DNA from: Candidatus Parcubacteria bacterium
GTDB lineage: Bacteria; Patescibacteriota; Patescibacteriia; UBA1558; GWA2-36-10
Assembly (NCBI GenBank): GCA_018669975.1
Contig: JABHSK010000007.1
Location: 64,390 to 128,389 of the forward strand
Direction: 5' to 3'
DNA length: 64,000 bases
Shown here: positions 37,072 to 46,572 of the stretch, piece after piece
Numbering within the stretch: position 1 is the first letter of the stretch
Layout: each line of letters opens with the position of its first letter
The notes under the pieces: generated by a model
The model's database searches: none
What the model was told of the DNA's origin: nothing
Seen by the model: the letters and a program-made list of their open reading frames with translations, nothing else
Made by a program: the position numbers and the translations under genes

Positions 37072-37149
37072 GCAAGATTAGAAAATATTATAAAAAAGGG
37101 CTTTCCGTAAAAAGAAGGCTCTTTTTTTATTTTATGATATTTAGTCTTA

Positions 37150-39255
37150 CTACCTTTTATACACAAAGATGGTAGTGACTCCATTGTCGATGAGTATTTT
37201 CTCATCAGCAGTTAGAGTGGCTTGATTGATGGCTTGTTTGGCACTGTGCCAATAATTATTTACTACAAAATATAATTGATCTACCTCAGCCTTGTCCATG
37301 GCATTGATAGCCTCTTCACGACTAGCATTTGTTTCAATCATGTTGAGATAATTTTGGTAAATATTATCTACTCCCAGGGGCATAGAGTAGTAGAAGTTGT
37401 CATTATAATAATTTGCAAAGCCAAATTCTGAGATAGCTGCCACACCAATCATTTGGTTAGCTAGAACTATATAGGGAGTCTCGCTGGCGTGTTCGTCTAT
37501 CAGGTTGACTGCCTTGATGTCACTCTGAGTAACATTTATACTTTTGGTGTTACTGTGTCGATCATATGTTGGGTAGGCAAAATATAAACTGACTGATATT
37601 ACAATTACAGTGATTACCATAATCCAGATTTTTTGAAAGATGCTTTTTTCTTTGTTGAGAGAGTCTTTGAATAAAAAGTAAATGCTAGTTAGAAATATTG
37701 GCAACAGAGTCAAAGCAATTAAATATATAATTCTGTTTATATAATCAAATTTTTGATAGTCAATTTGTAGATTGAATGACAAGAATATTTTGGCTAATAA
37801 ATAATTGATTAACAGTACACCAGTAAAGAGTAAGTGGCGTCTAAAGAATATGAATTTATGCTCTTTAAAGATGAAGAGGAGGCCAATTAGGACCATTAGT
37901 AAATATAACCAAACCATATTACCACCTATATTGTGAACCATGTCTAGCGGAAAGCTAAAGCTGCTATGCCAAGTAATAGTTGGTATATCAAACAATGGCC
38001 AAATTTGGAAAGAGAATATTTGTGACCAGGAAAATCCATTTATTTTCTGGTACACAGCAAGTAATAGTGGTAGAGCGACACTGGATAATAATAAAGTTAT
38101 CACATAGGCCAGGTTTCTTAACCAGGGCTTTTTTTTGATACGCAGCACAGATAACATAGCTGCTAGTGATAGTAGTGGTATACCACTGAGCGGATGTATA
38201 GTTAGTGTCATGGCTGCTACAGTCCAAAGAAAATAAAGACTAATTTTTTTACGGTTGATCTCAGGTAAAATAAAAATAGTAAAAGCTACCAATAAATAGG
38301 AAAAACTTTGAGGAGTAGTCATGATAGCAAAGCCTATACCCACAAAAGTGCTCCACAGGGTGCTGATGTAGCTAGCCTTGAATGACCATTTAAATCCATA
38401 ACGCAAGCCATAGAAGATACTACTAGGCCAAAGTAGACTAAAGAATAACGGGAGTAGTATTTTATTGGCAGTAGATAGGTCGATTTGTGAGATTTGATGA
38501 AAGAAAATACTAATTCCATATTGCCCTGTATATAGCCATAGACGTGGTTGGATAGTGCCAGTGTCATTTATTATATTTAAAGCAGTTTGGTGAATGAATG
38601 AATCATAGCCATAGCCTATTTTATATAGGATAATAGCTATGCTGCTCATCAGTAGAAAATGCCAACTGATTAACATGATATTTTTGGCAGTTTTTTTGTG
38701 TAGAAGGGAGATAATTAATAGTATATTGCTTAGAATAAATAAAGCCCAGAATTTATAATTAAGTATTTCCCATGGTGAGCGTATTAAGCCCAAACTAGCC
38801 TTTTTGAATAAAGCTATAAAGAGTACAGCGTCAATTAAAAAAACAACCGTTGGTAGAATAATGTTACGGAGATTATTCAGGCCTAATTTACTAAGATCAA
38901 GTCCAGTGAGATAGTAGTGTTGACTATGTAATTTTAAAGAGAGGAGTTCTATGATAATTGGTATGGACAGTAGCAAAAATAAAAATACCCAGAGATTTAC
39001 TTGGTAAACATGATAAATCAATGTATAGGCTAGACTGATGTAGGAAGATATTAGTATTAAACCCAAAGCATTTTTTAATCCTTTGTGTATTTGTGGGTAG
39101 AAAATATCGGCTAGTTTTTTGCTATTTAGCCATAAATATAAAACAGTAAAAATAGCCCCAAGGATTGGGGAGTGCAACCAGTAGGCGTTGGCTGAGATAA
39201 CCAAAACAAGAATAATTTGCACGATAATATTCTGTTGTCTGCTAAAAGTAATCAT
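37150..39255 (-). CDS. large polytopic membrane protein, putative GT-C-type glycosyltransferase (YfhO/ArnT/PMT-like) with C-terminal extracytoplasmic domain
   Basis: >12 predicted TM helices over ~560 aa then ~140-aa soluble C-terminal domain; architecture only, no catalytic motif verified. Confidence 0.5.
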   Translation of the reverse strand: MITFSRQQNIIVQIILVLVISANAYWLHSPILGAIFTVLYLWLNSKKLADIFYPQIHKGLKNALGLILISSYISLAYTLIYHVYQVNLWVFLFLLLSIPIIIELLSLKLHSQHYYLTGLDLSKLGLNNLRNIILPTVVFLIDAVLFIALFKKASLGLIRSPWEILNYKFWALFILSNILLIISLLHKKTAKNIMLISWHFLLMSSIAIILYKIGYGYDSFIHQTALNIINDTGTIQPRLWLYTGQYGISIFFHQISQIDLSTANKILLPLFFSLLWPSSIFYGLRYGFKWSFKASYISTLWSTFVGIGFAIMTTPQSFSYLLVAFTIFILPEINRKKISLYFLWTVAAMTLTIHPLSGIPLLSLAAMLSVLRIKKKPWLRNLAYVITLLLSSVALPLLLAVYQKINGFSWSQIFSFQIWPLFDIPTITWHSSFSFPLDMVHNIGGNMVWLYLLMVLIGLLFIFKEHKFIFFRRHLLFTGVLLINYLLAKIFLSFNLQIDYQKFDYINRIIYLIALTLLPIFLTSIYFLFKDSLNKEKSIFQKIWIMVITVIVISVSLYFAYPTYDRHSNTKSINVTQSDIKAVNLIDEHASETPYIVLANQMIGVAAISEFGFANYYNDNFYYSMPLGVDNIYQNYLNMIETNASREEAINAMDKAEVDQLYFVVNNYWHSAKQAINQATLTADEKILIDNGVTTIFVYKR

Positions 39256-39332
39256 AAAGACGCATCTATTGTAGCATAATTTAATACTTTTTTACACTTC
39301 TGTAAATAGCCAAGTTCTGCTACAATATAGGT

Positions 39333-39839
39333 ATGATAAAAGCTAATAAAATTAGTGTTATTATTATTTTTCGATATATCTGGTTGATTGTTGCGACATC
39401 TATTATTATATATATATTGGGCCAGGCAATTGTTACTACTAGAGAGATTGTTTATCAGATTGATAACAGTGATTCAATTACTAGAGATATTACTGGCTGG
39501 TATCCAGAACAACGTTTAGTTTTTGCTACAGAGGATCAGACCTTGAGAATAGTGGCTGAGCCTTTATATCTTCAAGCTTATATACCAGTTGATTTTAAAA
39601 CTTTAACTGTTGCGGGTGATATTTATTTTGGTGCTGAAACAATTAGGTTGGGTTTAAAACAAGCTGACGGCACATGGTCATATAGAGACATAGATGAAAA
39701 TAGTTTTAATTTTGAATATGATTTATCTCAGGCACAGGTTAAAAAAAATAAATTAGAAATGATTTTATCTATTCCCGATTTAACAGCCACCTCAACAGTG
39801 GTATTGGGTAATAATTGGTCTTTATTTTTAAACAGATGA
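39333..39839 (+). CDS. hypothetical membrane-anchored protein
   Basis: ORF with N-terminal TM helix. Confidence 0.4.
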   Translation: MIKANKISVIIIFRYIWLIVATSIIIYILGQAIVTTREIVYQIDNSDSITRDITGWYPEQRLVFATEDQTLRIVAEPLYLQAYIPVDFKTLTVAGDIYFGAETIRLGLKQADGTWSYRDIDENSFNFEYDLSQAQVKKNKLEMILSIPDLTATSTVVLGNNWSLFLNR

Positions 39840-40078
39840 GAATACTTTTTAGCTTAGTAAAAGATTTTTTTAATATAGCTCTAGGCACCTGGTTAATTTT
39901 GGTAGCATTTGAATTGGCTAAGCCAGGCATGGTGCAACGTTTTATAAATTTGGAGTATTGGCTTTATGCTTTAGTTCTGATTTATATTATGTATATAATT
40001 TTACGCCGTTGAGGTCTTTTATGGTATAATGTATATAGATTAGAAGAGCGTGATATCTAATATTCAATATTAGAAACA

Positions 40079-41425
40079 ATGACAAAACAAAAACAAAAAA
40101 TGCATGTAGTGGCAGTTGATATGGGCTATGGACACCAACGGGCGGCCTATCCATTTCTAGACAGTGCCTATAGAGACGTTATTAACGCCAACCACTACCA
40201 AGGTATCAGTAAGGCAGAACAAAATTCTTGGGAAAGTGGACGTAAATGGTATGAAATCATTTCCCGTTTTAAAGGGTTACCTTTTGTTGGTGAGGCGGCT
40301 TTTGCTATTATGGATCATTTTCAAAAGATTGATCCATTTTATCCTAAACGTGATCTCAGTAAACCATCTCAACAATTAAAGTATTTTCAAAAACAGATCA
40401 AGCGTGGCATGGGTAAGGACCTGATAGACGATCTCAATAAACGTATACCAAAAGGACACAAAACACCGTTACCATTTTTGGCTACTTTTTTTGTGCCAGC
40501 ATATTTTGCGGAATACTATGGCTATAAAGGTAAAATATATTGTGTGGTTTGTGATGCTGATGTAGCTCGTGCTTGGGCACCTTATTATTCTAAGACTAGT
40601 AAGATTGTTTATTTGGCTCCAAATAAGCGAACTAAATCTAGGCTGCAACTTTATGGTGTTAAATCTAGTAATATTCATGTGACAGGGTTTCCTTTACCCA
40701 AAGAGAATATAGGTGGTCCCAGTCAAAGGGTGGTCAAGGCTGATTTAAGAGATAGATTGTATAATTTAGATCCTAAAGGAGTCTATCGTAAAAAATATGC
40801 CAAACACATTGAAGATTATCTTTGTCCAACTAAAAACATTAAGAAGCCAAAGCGTCCATTGACTATTACTTTTGCAGTTGGTGGCGCTGGTGCCCAAAGA
40901 GAGTTGGGTATTACTTTGCTTAAGCGACTTCATAAGGATCTCAAGAAAAATAATATCCGTCTTAATTTGGTAGCTGGTGTACGTAATGATGTTTATCTTT
41001 ATTTTCAAAAGGCTCTCAAAGAATATTGTCTAGATAATTGTGGTGCTGTCAGGGTCATTTATGCAGAGGATAAAATGTCTTATTTTAAAGTGTTTAATAA
41101 AATATTGCGTAAAACTGATATTTTGTGGACCAAGCCATCTGAACTTACTTTCTATAGTGGTTTGGGTATTCCTATTATCATGTCAGAACCAATTGGATAT
41201 CAGGAAAGATATAATCGTGGTTGGCTATTTGCCATTGGTGCTGGTGTAGATAGTTTGAATCCAGAATATGTAGATGAGTGGTTATTTGATTGGTTAGATT
41301 CCGGTTGGTTAGCTGAAGCAGCTATGGAGGGATTCTTAGATGCTCCGAGAATGGGTGCTTATAATATTGAGAATATTGTCTTGCGTAATAAGATTAGTGA
41401 AATAGAAGATGTCCACTTGTTATAA
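40079..41425 (+). CDS. GT28 / MGDG-synthase-like glycosyltransferase (UgtP/diglucosyl-diacylglycerol synthase-like)
   Basis: N-terminal VDMGYGHQRAA (GxGH motif of MGDG_synth/MurG family); C-terminal TKPSELTFYSGLGIPIIMSEPIGYQERYNRGW parallels UgtP [34 protein letters not shown]. Confidence 0.55.
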   Translation: MTKQKQKMHVVAVDMGYGHQRAAYPFLDSAYRDVINANHYQGISKAEQNSWESGRKWYEIISRFKGLPFVGEAAFAIMDHFQKIDPFYPKRDLSKPSQQLKYFQKQIKRGMGKDLIDDLNKRIPKGHKTPLPFLATFFVPAYFAEYYGYKGKIYCVVCDADVARAWAPYYSKTSKIVYLAPNKRTKSRLQLYGVKSSNIHVTGFPLPKENIGGPSQRVVKADLRDRLYNLDPKGVYRKKYAKHIEDYLCPTKNIKKPKRPLTITFAVGGAGAQRELGITLLKRLHKDLKKNNIRLNLVAGVRNDVYLYFQKALKEYCLDNCGAVRVIYAEDKMSYFKVFNKILRKTDILWTKPSELTFYSGLGIPIIMSEPIGYQERYNRGWLFAIGAGVDSLNPEYVDEWLFDWLDSGWLAEAAMEGFLDAPRMGAYNIENIVLRNKISEIEDVHLL

Positions 41426-41428
41426 TCT

Positions 41429-42760
41429 ATGATAATAAAAAATCTTAAAATAAATTTTTACAAGAGCATCAAACAATCGATGGATCTTAGTTTGGATAGG
41501 GTCAATATTTTTATTGGTCAAAATAATAGTGGTAAGAGTAATATCTTGGATGCCATTGAATTTACTTTGAGTGAACACTCAGAGGACCACACTTTGTATT
41601 ATGAAAAATCAGATATAGATATCACGATTGAATTTACTGATCAAACACAAGCCAAATATAAATTACCGGGCAAGGAGGGAGTGCTCAGTCTTAAGGGTCA
41701 GCAAAAGCATCTTAATTTTCCAGGTGCTACTTTGCCAGACAACAAGGCTTTAACTCATATGCTGAGCACGCATTTTAAGAGACTAGATACAGAGGCTTTT
41801 ACAGACTTTGAGCAAATAGAAGAAGATTTTCAGGATCTATTTAATTATCCAAGTCAGTTGGATAGATTTAAAGAAATACTTAAACATCATTTTCCCAAGA
41901 TTTCTGCTACCAAAAATGCATTAGATATTCGTTATGAAAACGAGGGTTTATATGAAGGCAAGAGAAGAGTGACTATCGATAGGCTTGGTTCTGGCTTTCA
42001 GCGCATTTTCACAATGCTTTTGTATATTTTTCATCCTAAATATTCAATAGTGATGATTGGCGAGCCAGAAATTCATTTGCATCCAGCTATTGCCAAAAAA
42101 CTTCTTTGGGCTATGCAGAATAGCAATGCTGGTCAGATATTATTTACTACACATTCACCATTGTTTATTACACCGATGACTTTGCCACAGGTAGTAAGAG
42201 TGACTAAACATGAAAATACTACGCAGGCTTTTGCACTTTCGCAGGTTAAATATAACTACAAACGTCTAATACAAGAACTTAATGCAGACAATCTAGAGAT
42301 GTTTTTTACTGATGAGGTTGTTTTGGTGGAAGGTGTATCAGATAAATTATTGATTCGTGGTTTGATAGATAAGTTTTATCAAGGAGATAGAGCTATTAAA
42401 GTGATTCAAGCTCACGGTAAGGGTAATGTTAAAATATATGCAGATTTGTTAAAAATTTTTAAAATTTCTTTTACTGTTGTTTTGGATAAAGATGCTATAA
42501 AAAGTAATCATCTAAGAGAGTTGTTGCGGCATCTAGATATCCATATGCCACCGTTGAACACGGAAGATTTAATTGAGCAGCTCAAGAAGTATAGTATTTT
42601 TATTCTACCCAATGGAGATTTGGAGGCTAATTATCCACGCAAGTATCAGTTGGGAGATAGTAAATCACTCAATGCTTTGCATGCCGCTAATTTAGTTAGT
42701 GAAAAGGATTTTAATTCCAAGGTCATGGAAAATTTAAAAGCAATAATAGATAACTTATAA
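41429..42760 (+). CDS. OLD-family ATP-dependent endonuclease (ABC-type ATPase N-domain + C-terminal Toprim)
   Basis: Walker A GQNNSGKSN; Walker B/D-loop IVMIGEPEIHLHP; H-loop FTTHSPLF; Toprim-like EVVLVEGVSDKLLIRGL ... VVLDKDA; 3 nt after upstream gene. Confidence 0.6.
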   Translation: MIIKNLKINFYKSIKQSMDLSLDRVNIFIGQNNSGKSNILDAIEFTLSEHSEDHTLYYEKSDIDITIEFTDQTQAKYKLPGKEGVLSLKGQQKHLNFPGATLPDNKALTHMLSTHFKRLDTEAFTDFEQIEEDFQDLFNYPSQLDRFKEILKHHFPKISATKNALDIRYENEGLYEGKRRVTIDRLGSGFQRIFTMLLYIFHPKYSIVMIGEPEIHLHPAIAKKLLWAMQNSNAGQILFTTHSPLFITPMTLPQVVRVTKHENTTQAFALSQVKYNYKRLIQELNADNLEMFFTDEVVLVEGVSDKLLIRGLIDKFYQGDRAIKVIQAHGKGNVKIYADLLKIFKISFTVVLDKDAIKSNHLRELLRHLDIHMPPLNTEDLIEQLKKYSIFILPNGDLEANYPRKYQLGDSKSLNALHAANLVSEKDFNSKVMENLKAIIDNL

Positions 42761-42764
42761 AAAT

Positions 42765-43706
42765 ATGTCTTGGTTATTAGTAGCAGTTATAGCTTATTCT
42801 ATTTTAGCCGTTGTTAATGTAGCGGATAAATTTATGCTGGAAAAAGTTATTCCAGCGGCTAAGACCTACGCTTTTTTGGTAGGTGTTACTGGTTTACTTG
42901 TTTTTGTAGTTGCTCCATGGTTTTTGGAGTGGCCAGGCTTTAATTTATTTTTGTTAAATATAATTACGGGTGTGTTTTTTGCTGGTGGTTTATTGTTCTT
43001 GTATACAGCGCTTAGAGATGCAGAGGTGACCAAGATATTTACCTTGACTGGGGGGGCAGTACCGGTATTTATTATTTGGTTGTCTATTATATTTTTTCAC
43101 GAACGTTTTAGTCCGTGGCAATGGTTGGCAGTGTGCTTTTTGATTGCGGGTACAGTTATGATTTCCTGGGTTTCTGGGGAGCACGGAGTCTGGACTAGAA
43201 TTAAAGAATGGTTGCACATAAAGCATGATAAAAAAATACGCAGTATACTATTTGCAGTTCTAGCTGCTGCATGTTTTGCTATATTTTGGGTAGGCACCAA
43301 GTATGCTTACAACACTCAAGCATTTGTCAGTGCGTTTTTGTGGATTAGGCTGGGTACATTTTTGGCAGTAATTTTGATGTTGGTAAACGGAAATAGTCGT
43401 CGGGAAATTTTTGATGATTTGCAGCAATCAAATACTAATAAAGATAATAAGTTTATTTTTATGGGTGTTCAGGGCTTGGGAGCCATCGGGTCAGTTTTAC
43501 AAAATTATGCAGTCTCACTTGGCTCAGTAGCTTTAGTGACATCTTTGCAGGGTTTGCAGTATGCATTACTTTTGGTGATGAGTGCCATTGTGACCGCTTT
43601 CTTACCAAACATCATCAAGGAGTATAATCCTAGGAGAATTATTATTCAAAAGATTGTGGCAGTATTGATAATTGGTCTGGGGTTGTATTTTTTGGCTATT
43701 TATTAG
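42765..43706 (+). CDS. DMT-superfamily (EamA-like) permease
   Basis: ~10 TM helices in two repeated halves. Confidence 0.5.
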   Translation: MSWLLVAVIAYSILAVVNVADKFMLEKVIPAAKTYAFLVGVTGLLVFVVAPWFLEWPGFNLFLLNIITGVFFAGGLLFLYTALRDAEVTKIFTLTGGAVPVFIIWLSIIFFHERFSPWQWLAVCFLIAGTVMISWVSGEHGVWTRIKEWLHIKHDKKIRSILFAVLAAACFAIFWVGTKYAYNTQAFVSAFLWIRLGTFLAVILMLVNGNSRREIFDDLQQSNTNKDNKFIFMGVQGLGAIGSVLQNYAVSLGSVALVTSLQGLQYALLLVMSAIVTAFLPNIIKEYNPRRIIIQKIVAVLIIGLGLYFLAIY

Positions 43707-43710
43707 GAAC

Positions 43711-44721
43711 ATGAGGTTTAAAAAGAAAAAGAAACTAGTTATTTGGTTTATCATAATACTAATTGGTATTTGGTATTTTAAATTTGCCAGCCATCATCCA
43801 CATAAAATAGACCTGCAAGCCAAGGATGATTTTTGGGGTGTGACTTACTCACCTAAGTTTGCCTATGAGCTTGGTTTGGATTGGGAAGAGACTTATTTAG
43901 CCATGATTGATGATATTAAAGTAAGAAATGTTCGTCTACCTATCTATTGGGATCAAATAGAGGTCGAAGAAGGGCAATATGATTTTAGTGTTTATGATTA
44001 TATTCTTGATGAGGGTGCCAAACGAGATGTAGAGTTTGTAGTCAATGTCGGTTGGAGATTGCCGCGTTGGCCAGAATGTCATACGCCCCAGTGGGCAAAA
44101 GGAGAGGATTTAGATATTATCAAGGCCAAGTCTCTGTCTATGATTAAATTGGTTGTAGAAAGATATAAAGATAGACCCGAGATAGTAGCTTGGCAAGTAG
44201 AGAACGAGCCCTTGTTAGATTGGTTTGGAGAGTGTCCAGAGGGTGATGAAGATTTACTCAAGCAAGAAGTAGCGTTTGTGAAAGATATGGATGATAGGCC
44301 AATTATAATTTCTGCTTCCGGAGAATTAAGTGGTTGGCATAAGGAAGTGGAGATTGCGGATACTTTTGCTACTACCATGTATCGCGTAGTTTGGAATCCT
44401 TGGTTTAAATATTTTAGGTACCCTTTGCCAGCTTGGTTTTATAAATTAAAATTAGACTTAGCTGGTGCTAGCCCAGAACAGGCTATTGTCAGTGAGTTGC
44501 AGGCAGAGCCTTGGGTGCCCAATGGAACGTTAGATAATATTACTTTTGATGAATATGATAAATCATTTAGTCCAGAACAATTTAAGGCCAATTTGCAATT
44601 TGCTATTAATGTAGATTTCAAACAAACTTATCTATGGGGCATAGAATGGTGGTATCTACAAAAAGAAAAGGGTGATACTAGATATTGGGACATTGCCAGA
44701 GATATTTTTGCTAGGCAATAA
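43711..44721 (+). CDS. membrane-anchored glycoside hydrolase, clan GH-A (GH5/GH113-like)
   Basis: N-terminal TM; WQVENEP catalytic acid/base NEP motif typical of clan GH-A; start set to ATG 43711 after upstream stop. Confidence 0.5.
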   Translation: MRFKKKKKLVIWFIIILIGIWYFKFASHHPHKIDLQAKDDFWGVTYSPKFAYELGLDWEETYLAMIDDIKVRNVRLPIYWDQIEVEEGQYDFSVYDYILDEGAKRDVEFVVNVGWRLPRWPECHTPQWAKGEDLDIIKAKSLSMIKLVVERYKDRPEIVAWQVENEPLLDWFGECPEGDEDLLKQEVAFVKDMDDRPIIISASGELSGWHKEVEIADTFATTMYRVVWNPWFKYFRYPLPAWFYKLKLDLAGASPEQAIVSELQAEPWVPNGTLDNITFDEYDKSFSPEQFKANLQFAINVDFKQTYLWGIEWWYLQKEKGDTRYWDIARDIFARQ

Positions 44722-44778
44722 AAATATTGACATTTTACTTATTTAAAGGATAATAAACAAATAATTATATTTATTTAT

Positions 44779-46140
44779 ATGAGTTTTGAAAACACAGGAA
44801 AATCAAGCAAAAGGCAGGAGCCAAATACTTCAGCTGACAGTCCAGAAGCAGAACTTTCTGCAGAAACAGTAGAGGCTTTAATGGAGGCAGCTATTATTCA
44901 TGGTCAGAAGCATAATGAGGGTCAGAATGCTGTTATTTTTAGAGTACAGGTAAGCAAGTTGCCCGAAGAAGCTTTGCATCAAATTTTTACTGCCCAAGGT
45001 AAAGAGGTGCCAACTGGAAAGTTAGCTAGTAAAGTAATTAAGGTTTATGTTAGTGCGGCAGCATTAAACGAAGCCAATAATCATCAGGAGATATTTGACT
45101 TGGTGCAGGGACAAGATGATCAGGAGGGTATGGCTATAGTGCCAGAGCCACACGTCAATGCAGAACTAGCTATCAGGACAGATACCATGAAAGAAAGGTT
45201 GGTAGAAGCTGGCATTAGTGTCCAGCGCGATAAAGTTGGTGTGATGATGATGGATTTTGTTAAAGGAATTGATTTGATGACACATATTTACAGAGGGATT
45301 ATCAAGAATTTACCCGAAGAAGATTTTAAGATGATTTATCCGGATGCTAACATAATCAAGAAAGAGTTGGAGGAGAATCCAGACGCAGTAGATTTTGCTA
45401 GACTTGAAGAAGCTATTGTTTTTGCTTTAGCTATTCAGGGTTCTGATGCTGGTGAGAGTACAGAGGATAGGATTAGGCGTGACTTAGGAAATAGAAGTAG
45501 GGTATTTGATTCTTTCCAAAAGCTAGGTTTGACTATCAATCCAGAAATTTTAGCTAGAGTTAGAAAGACAGTGTCATTATTAAATAGTAATAATATATAT
45601 CATAATGATTTGCATGAACGAAACATTATGATAGAGACAGATGATGAGGGTGAATTAGTAGATGTATTTTTAATTGATTTTGACAAGGTCTCTGGCACCA
45701 AGGATGAATCTTGGGGTGGAGATATGGGTGTGGTGTCTGAATATGGTAAGTTAACAAAAACAAAGGAAGAGCTTGTACAAGAGAAAAAGGATAAAGAAAT
45801 ACAAGATGCAATTGATTTTGTTGAAAAGGTTAAGAAGCACAGGAAAAAAGAATGGGAGGAGTTTGAAGAAAGTATTAGGGATTTGATAGGTAAGAAATAT
45901 CCGAAGATATTAGAGTACTTAGATAAAGATATTCAACATTTTGCTAATACCCATGGTAATATTTCTCCAGAACAATTGGCAGCTGGTATTATTTTAGAGC
46001 TATCCAAAACAGAGCCAAAATTAGCTAGAGATTTTATTGAATATAAGCGTAGTAATCCAGGTGGAGGAGGAAGGCCGTTTATAAATTTATTAATTAAACT
46101 TTTGCCACATATCGAGGTTGAAGATGAGGCAGAAGAATAG
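44779..46140 (+). CDS. atypical protein-kinase-like (PKL/APH-like) domain protein
   Basis: KVIKVYV (beta3 Lys), catalytic-loop-like HNDLHERNIMI (HxDLHxxN), LIDFDKV (DFG-equivalent); no signal peptide; acidic termini. Confidence 0.45.
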   Translation: MSFENTGKSSKRQEPNTSADSPEAELSAETVEALMEAAIIHGQKHNEGQNAVIFRVQVSKLPEEALHQIFTAQGKEVPTGKLASKVIKVYVSAAALNEANNHQEIFDLVQGQDDQEGMAIVPEPHVNAELAIRTDTMKERLVEAGISVQRDKVGVMMMDFVKGIDLMTHIYRGIIKNLPEEDFKMIYPDANIIKKELEENPDAVDFARLEEAIVFALAIQGSDAGESTEDRIRRDLGNRSRVFDSFQKLGLTINPEILARVRKTVSLLNSNNIYHNDLHERNIMIETDDEGELVDVFLIDFDKVSGTKDESWGGDMGVVSEYGKLTKTKEELVQEKKDKEIQDAIDFVEKVKKHRKKEWEEFEESIRDLIGKKYPKILEYLDKDIQHFANTHGNISPEQLAAGIILELSKTEPKLARDFIEYKRSNPGGGGRPFINLLIKLLPHIEVEDEAEE

Positions 46141-46144
46141 ACTA

Positions 46145-46173
46145 TTGACAAATCTAATATTTATGTGTATAAT
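46145..46173 (+). promoter_or_regulatory. perfect consensus promoter TTGACA-17-TATAAT
   Basis: TTGACA 46145-46150, spacer 17, TATAAT 46168-46173. Confidence 0.55.
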
Positions 46174-46242
46174 AGCACATCCTAAAGTTATCAATTTTTT
46201 ATTAGTCCACCCAATAGCCATACAACAAAAGGAGAACCGTTT

Positions 46243-46416
46243 ATGATTGTATTGAGTGCTGACATAAAAAAATCATTCAGAGAGTCCTTCGAAGTAAGAG
46301 GGTACACAGTTGAATTCAAGGATGATCATGTCTTGGTGACTAAGGATGGTAAACCTGAAAAGATTACCAATAAAAAGGTGATGCAATACATCGAAGCCTT
46401 CAGTCCAGAGGATTGA
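46243..46416 (+). CDS. 57-aa small protein (MIVLSADIKKSFRESFEVRGYTVEFKDDHVLVTKDGKPEKITNKKVMQYIEAFSPED), not in ORF track
   Basis: ATG with GGAG RBS 7 nt upstream, downstream of consensus promoter; manual translation; no family recognised. Confidence 0.35.
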   Translation: MIVLSADIKKSFRESFEVRGYTVEFKDDHVLVTKDGKPEKITNKKVMQYIEAFSPED

Positions 46417-46514
46417 GATACACACAATGTGATCAAAAAAACTTCGAATAGCACGCCGTTTCTGTCTCTTTTGAGTCAGATTTGCCTCGTTGGCTTGTCC
46501 AGCGGGGTTTTTTC

Positions 46515-46543
46515 TTGTTTTTGGTAGCGATTTTTGGTATAAT
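46515..46543 (+). promoter_or_regulatory. putative promoter (TTGTTT-17-TGgTATAAT) for subtilase gene
   Basis: Extended -10 TGGTATAAT ending 46543; -35 TTGTTT. Confidence 0.4.
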
Positions 46544-46572
46544 TTAAGCAAATTATTAAGGTAAAAACCATT

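Noticed and set aside
46273-46551. 92-aa minus-strand ORF overlapping the small + ORF at 46243..46416
   Set aside because: No promoter/RBS signals, whereas the + strand ORF follows a perfect TTGACA-17-TATAAT promoter and a GGAG RBS.
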